This document shows positions 60,146-64,000 of a stretch of 64,000 nucleotides of DNA, piece after piece. The notes beneath the pieces are model-generated. The model saw only the letters and a list, made by a program, of their open reading frames with translations, was not told the origin of the DNA and ran no database searches. Within the stretch, counting starts at the first letter, position 1, and the number at the start of each line of letters is the position of its first letter. Source of the DNA: an uncultured Christensenella sp. (lineage in GTDB: Bacteria > Bacillota > Clostridia > Christensenellales > UBA1242); contig CASFQL010000018.1 in NCBI GenBank assembly GCA_949296965.1, positions 81,413 to 145,412 on the forward strand, in the 5' to 3' direction. The translations under genes and the position numbers were made by a program.

Positions 60146-60706
60146 CTACTTTCCACCGATTTTTTTAGCAGTGCTAGCAGTCTTTTTAACAGTTGAAGAC
60201 TTTGTAGCCTTAACGGTTGAAGACTTTGTTTCACGCTTTTTAGTATCTTTTACAGTGGTTTTGTTTTCTGCTGTTTTTGTGTCTGCTGATTTTTTAACAG
60301 AAGTTTTCTTTTCCTTCTTATCTTCTTCTTTATTTGAAGAATCTTTGGTTGAAGACTTTGTTGTCTTTGCTTGCTTTTTAACCCCAGAATCTAAAACAGC
60401 ACCGCACTTTTTACATAATCTAACTTTTTTATTGTTAGCATCTAGTCCCATTTTAACTCTTGTAGCCTTGTTGCAAACAGGACAAATAACCATAACATCA
60501 CTAATGTCAATCTTGCCTTCTAGTTTAACAATACCACCCTTATCTTGTGCGGACCTTGGTTTTCTATGTTTAACGACAATATTAAGTCCTTTAACCGTAA
60601 CTTTGTTTTCATCTGGGAAACATTCTAAAACTTCACCACTCTTACCATTTTCCTTACCAGCAAGAATAAGAACATTGTCGCCTTTTTTAATCTTTAACTT
60701 TGCCAT
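60146..60706 (-). CDS. rplX: 50S ribosomal protein L24 with zinc ribbon and ~76-aa K/T/S-rich C-terminal tail
   Basis: 186 aa against the usual ~105. KOW core IKKGDNVLILAGKENGKSG. CPVC...CKKC. The tail contains the direct repeat TKSSTVKA/TKSSTVKK; the DNA repeat GTTGAAGACTTTGT lies at 60192-60205 and 60216-60229. Confidence 0.93.
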   Translation of the reverse strand: MAKLKIKKGDNVLILAGKENGKSGEVLECFPDENKVTVKGLNIVVKHRKPRSAQDKGGIVKLEGKIDISDVMVICPVCNKATRVKMGLDANNKKVRLCKKCGAVLDSGVKKQAKTTKSSTKDSSNKEEDKKEKKTSVKKSADTKTAENKTTVKDTKKRETKSSTVKATKSSTVKKTASTAKKIGGK

Positions 60707-60721
60707 TTCTGCGATTCCTCC

Positions 60722-61090
60722 TTATAGCACCTCAGGAGCAAGAGAAACGATTTTCATATAACCATCTTCTCTAAGTTCCCTAGCAACAGGCCCAAAAATA
60801 CGAGTTCCACGAGGTTGTTTTTGACTATCGATAATAACAGCAGCATTATCGTCAAATTTGATAGAAGTTCCATCTGGTCTTTGAACACCTTTGTTAGTTC
60901 TAACAATAACAGCCTTAACAACATCACCTTTTTTAACGACTCCACCAGGAGTAGCTTTTTTAACGGAGGCAACTATAACATCACCAATATTGCCACTTCT
61001 TCTAAAAGAACCGCCTAAAACTCTAATACACATAATGATTTTTGCACCAGTGTTATCAGCAACTTTCAATCTTGATTGTGGTTGAATCAT
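60722..61090 (-). CDS. rplN: 50S ribosomal protein L14
   Basis: 122 aa. [17 protein letters not shown]. Confidence 0.95.
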   Translation of the reverse strand: MIQPQSRLKVADNTGAKIIMCIRVLGGSFRRSGNIGDVIVASVKKATPGGVVKKGDVVKAVIVRTNKGVQRPDGTSIKFDDNAAVIIDSQKQPRGTRIFGPVARELREDGYMKIVSLAPEVL

Positions 61091-61102
61091 ATAAATATCC
61101 TC

Positions 61103-61363
61103 CTATTTTGCTCTCTCAACAATTCTAAGAAGTCTAAAATGAGTAGTCTTACTTATAGGCCTAGTTTCCATAATTTCAACAGTATCACCAACATGGCAAT
61201 CATTGTTTTCATCATGTGCTTTAAATTTCTTAGTAACTTTTACGACTTTTTTATAAAGTGGGTGTTTTACATTAGAAGTAACTGCAACAACGCAAGTTTT
61301 ATCCATTTTATCACTAACTACAACACCGATTTTTGTCTTTCTATTGTTTCTTTTTTCTTCCAT
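61103..61363 (-). CDS. rpsQ: 30S ribosomal protein S17
   Basis: 86 aa. [37 protein letters not shown]. Confidence 0.95.
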   Translation of the reverse strand: MEEKRNNRKTKIGVVVSDKMDKTCVVAVTSNVKHPLYKKVVKVTKKFKAHDENNDCHVGDTVEIMETRPISKTTHFRLLRIVERAK

Positions 61364-61374
61364 GATTCACACTC

Positions 61375-61602
61375 CTATGCCTTAACCTTTTTATCTGAGT
61401 TTGAGTTATTAATACCTAACTCTCTTTCGGTAAGAACAGTTTTGATTTTTGCGATATCTTTTTTCAAAGAGTTCAAAAGCATTGGATTAGCAAGGTTGCC
61501 TGTTGCATGTTGAAATCTAAGATTAAACAACTCAGCCTTAACAGAAGTCAACTTTGCATTAAGTTCCTCATTAGTTAAATTTCTAATTTCTTTTATTTTC
61601 AT
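61375..61602 (-). CDS. rpmC: 50S ribosomal protein L29
   Basis: 75 aa. ELNAKLTSVKAELFNLRFQHATG. Confidence 0.93.
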   Translation of the reverse strand: MKIKEIRNLTNEELNAKLTSVKAELFNLRFQHATGNLANPMLLNSLKKDIAKIKTVLTERELGINNSNSDKKVKA

Positions 61603-62057
61603 TAAACTGCACCACCTTCTACAACATTTTCCTGAGTTTTTGCAGTGTTAGTTTCCCTAGTAATGATTTTAGTAACACAAGGAAGTTTGTGAGAAGCAAG
61701 TCTTAAAGCCTCCCTTGCTACACTTTCTTCAACACCTTTAATCTCAAAAAGAACTCTGCCAGGTTTTACAACTGCAACCCAATATTCTGGGTTACCCTTA
61801 CCACTACCCATACGAGTTTCAGCAGGTTTTTTAGTAATAGGTTTATCAGGGAAAATATCAATCCAAACTTTACCGCCTCTCTTAGTATATCTAGTCATAG
61901 CAATACGAGCGGCTTCAATTTGATTTGAAGTAATCCAAGCAGGTTCAGTAGTTTGCAACCCATAATCGCCGTAAGCAAGTTTATTTCCACGAGTAGCAAC
62001 ACCCTTCATTCTACCGCGATGAACCTTTCTTCTTTTAACTTTTTTAGGCATTAACAT
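61602..62057 (-). CDS. rplP: 50S ribosomal protein L16
   Basis: 151 aa. [19 protein letters not shown]. Confidence 0.95.
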   Translation of the reverse strand: MLMPKKVKRRKVHRGRMKGVATRGNKLAYGDYGLQTTEPAWITSNQIEAARIAMTRYTKRGGKVWIDIFPDKPITKKPAETRMGSGKGNPEYWVAVVKPGRVLFEIKGVEESVAREALRLASHKLPCVTKIITRETNTAKTQENVVEGGAV

Positions 62058-62058
62058 A

Positions 62059-62724
62059 TTACTTGTTACCTCCTTTTAATGTAGGAGATTTTTTAGAAAG
62101 TATTTCTCCGTTATAAACCCAAACTTTTATACCCAAAATACCAAAAGTAGTTTTTGCTTCTGCAAAGCCATAGTCAATATCAGCCCTTAAAGTTTGCAAA
62201 GGTAGACTACCTTGATGGTAATGTTCGCTTCGAGCGATATCAGCACCGTCCAAACGACCACCAACCATAGTTTTGATACCTTTAACACCAGCCTTAATAG
62301 CCTTTTGCATTGCCATCTTCATAGCCCTTCTAAAATGAACTCTCTTTTCAAGTTGATTTGCAATACTTTCAGCAATTAAAGTAGCATCAGTATCAGGGTT
62401 TTTAACTTCCTTAATATTAATAGAAACTGACTCTGCCTTAGTCATTTTCATAATTTCTTTTTTAAGAGTTTCAACTCCAACACCCTTTTGACCAATTAAA
62501 ATACCAGGGCGAGCAGTGAAAATATTAACAATAACTCTTTTTGCGGTTCTTTCAATAACAATTTTTGAAATAGCACAAGCGAAGTATTTTTTCTTAATGA
62601 AATTTCTAATTGTGTTATCTTCTTTAATATATTTAGCAAAATTATCTTTACCAACATACCATAAGGAGTTCCAATCTTTATTTATACCAATTCTAAGTCC
62701 ATTTGGACTAACTTTTTGTCCCAT
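62059..62724 (-). CDS. rpsC: 30S ribosomal protein S3
   Basis: 221 aa. [16 protein letters not shown] domain. Confidence 0.95.
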   Translation of the reverse strand: MGQKVSPNGLRIGINKDWNSLWYVGKDNFAKYIKEDNTIRNFIKKKYFACAISKIVIERTAKRVIVNIFTARPGILIGQKGVGVETLKKEIMKMTKAESVSINIKEVKNPDTDATLIAESIANQLEKRVHFRRAMKMAMQKAIKAGVKGIKTMVGGRLDGADIARSEHYHQGSLPLQTLRADIDYGFAEAKTTFGILGIKVWVYNGEILSKKSPTLKGGNK

Positions 62725-62737
62725 ATCCTGCTCTCCT

Positions 62738-63124
62738 TTACTTTACCGTATCCAATATAACAGTTATATTGCTCGTTCTTTTTAAAATTAGGTCAACTCT
62801 TCCTCTGGCTCTAATATTCTGTCTTTTATAAGTAGAACCTTGTCCAGAATATATTTCAGCGACATACAAGTCTTGTTTATTCAATCCCTTATTGTTTTCT
62901 GCGTTACTACCAGCAGATTCAATAACCTTACGAACAAGGTCAGCGGACTTGTTAGGAGTATTTTTTAAAATAGCAACAGCCTCGTTATAACTTTTACCTC
63001 TAACCAAATCCATAATAATGTTTAATTTTGTAGAACTGACTCTCAAAAATTTAGCCTTAGCGTATGGTCTAGTATCACGAGATTGATTGATTTTTTCAGT
63101 TTTTTCTTTAATTCTCTTTGCCAT
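62738..63124 (-). CDS. rplV: 50S ribosomal protein L22
   Basis: 128 aa. [23 protein letters not shown]. Confidence 0.93.
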   Translation of the reverse strand: MAKRIKEKTEKINQSRDTRPYAKAKFLRVSSTKLNIIMDLVRGKSYNEAVAILKNTPNKSADLVRKVIESAGSNAENNKGLNKQDLYVAEIYSGQGSTYKRQNIRARGRVDLILKRTSNITVILDTVK

Positions 63125-63135
63125 ATTAACTCTCC

Positions 63136-63414
63136 TTACTTTTTACCCTTGACCTTATCAGCACCATGGCCTCTAAAAGTTCTAGTAGGAGCAAATTCAC
63201 CAAGTTTATGACCTACCATTTCAGCAGTGCAATAAACAGGAATATGCTTTTTACCATTGTGAACAGCGACTGTATGACCTACAAATTCAGGATAAATAAC
63301 AGATGCTCTTGACCATGTTTTAATAGGTTTTTTTGTATTAGATTCGTTCATTTCTTTAATACGAGAGAACAATCTTTCTTCAACATAAGGTTTTTTCTTT
63401 AATGATTTACCCAT
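63136..63414 (-). CDS. rpsS: 30S ribosomal protein S19
   Basis: 92 aa. [16 protein letters not shown]. Confidence 0.95.
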   Translation of the reverse strand: MGKSLKKKPYVEERLFSRIKEMNESNTKKPIKTWSRASVIYPEFVGHTVAVHNGKKHIPVYCTAEMVGHKLGEFAPTRTFRGHGADKVKGKK

Positions 63415-63431
63415 TTTCTAACTCCTTGCAA

Positions 63432-64000
63432 TTAAGACCTACTAATAATAAACTTATTAGTATTTTTCTTTTTATTTCTTGTTTTAAGACCAAGAGCAGG
63501 TTTACCCCATGGAGTGACAGGACTTGGCCTACCAATAGGGGATTTACCCTCACCACCACCATGAGGGTGGTCACATGGGTTCATAACAACACCACGAACA
63601 GTAGGTCTAATTCCCATATGTCTTTTTCTTCCAGCCTTACCAATAGAAATGATTTCGTGGTCAATATTACCAACTTGACCTAATGTTGCCCTGCAATCAG
63701 CAAGAACAAGTCTCATTTCTCCACTTGGCATTTTGATAGTAGCATATTTACCTTCTTTTGCCATAAGTCTAGCAGATATACCTGCTGACCTAGCAATTAC
63801 AGCACCTTGATTAGGTCTAAGTTCAATGTTGTGAACAACACTACCAACTGGAATATTTTTAAGAGGCATACAATTTCCGACTTTTACTTCAACTTCTTCT
63901 CCGCTCATAACTTTATCGCCAACATTTAAGCCGACAGGAGCGAGAATGTAAGATTTAGCGCCATCAGCATAGTGAAGCAAAGCAATGTTAGCAGTTCTAT
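63432..64000 (-). CDS. rplB: 50S ribosomal protein L2 (C-terminal part; 5' end beyond window)
   Basis: [29 protein letters not shown]. The frame stays open to the window edge, and the track's internal M is not the true start. Confidence 0.93.
   Translation of the reverse strand, partial: RTANIALLHYADGAKSYILAPVGLNVGDKVMSGEEVEVKVGNCMPLKNIPVGSVVHNIELRPNQGAVIARSAGISARLMAKEGKYATIKMPSGEMRLVLADCRATLGQVGNIDHEIISIGKAGRKRHMGIRPTVRGVVMNPCDHPHGGGEGKSPIGRPSPVTPWGKPALGLKTRNKKKNTNKFIISRS

Noticed and set aside
60126-60761. 211-aa plus-strand ORF; similar ORFs at 61076-61513 (145 aa), 11547-11906, 1088-1366, 16374-16670, 24856-25122, 30150-30491, 38045-38577, 41056-41592, 57668-57949 and 62516-62785
   Set aside because: All lie antisense to, and wholly inside, well-supported conserved genes (rplX, rpsQ/rpmC, queA, ftsK and others). 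They have low-complexity F/L/S-rich translations typical of the reverse strand of AT-rich, K/E-rich genes, and they lack RBSs.

Overview
AT-rich (about 30% GC by eye) chromosomal segment from a low-GC Firmicutes/Clostridia-like bacterium. All calls come from reading the sequence and from remembered family motifs; no similarity search was run.

Gene content: almost every gene is on the minus strand. In transcription order (high to low coordinates):
- Distal S10-spc-alpha ribosomal cluster, rplB to rplQ, including secY, adk, map, infA, rpoA and an rpmJ that the ORF track misses.
- An unrecognisable 1493-aa membrane-anchored protein plus a 251-aa partner.
- spoVT and a MOP flippase, then a dus gene.
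- pgk-gpmI-tpiA, secG, then rnr-smpB-ssrA (tmRNA).
- An NfeD/SPFH pair, a CrtO-like membrane protein, DegV, a PflX-type radical SAM protein, a patatin-like lipase and a ComEC-type MBL hydrolase.
- nrdD-nrdG behind tandem NrdR boxes, floA, ruvCAB, queA-tgt, yajC, secDF, a deacetylase, an M16 peptidase and the 5' part of ftsK.
- The only plus-strand features are a tRNA-Leu(CAG) and a small ORF broken by one in-frame TAA.

Main unexplained signal: six intergenic copies of a 92-114 nt element. Each folds into a nearly gap-free four-way junction (a closing stem plus three hairpins), and the stems differ between copies by compensatory changes. The element occurs in both orientations. Two copies sit in a 167-bp tandem unit just downstream of the tRNA.

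Other points worth a look:
- A decayed dus paralog next to the intact dus.
- Lys/Ser/Thr-rich tails on Pgk, L24, YajC and S5.
- A 10-nt overlap between smpB and ssrA.
- An 880-bp gene-free gap downstream of ssrA.
- A structured rpmJ-rpsM spacer.

No CRISPR array, transposase, integrase or recognisable defence system was seen.
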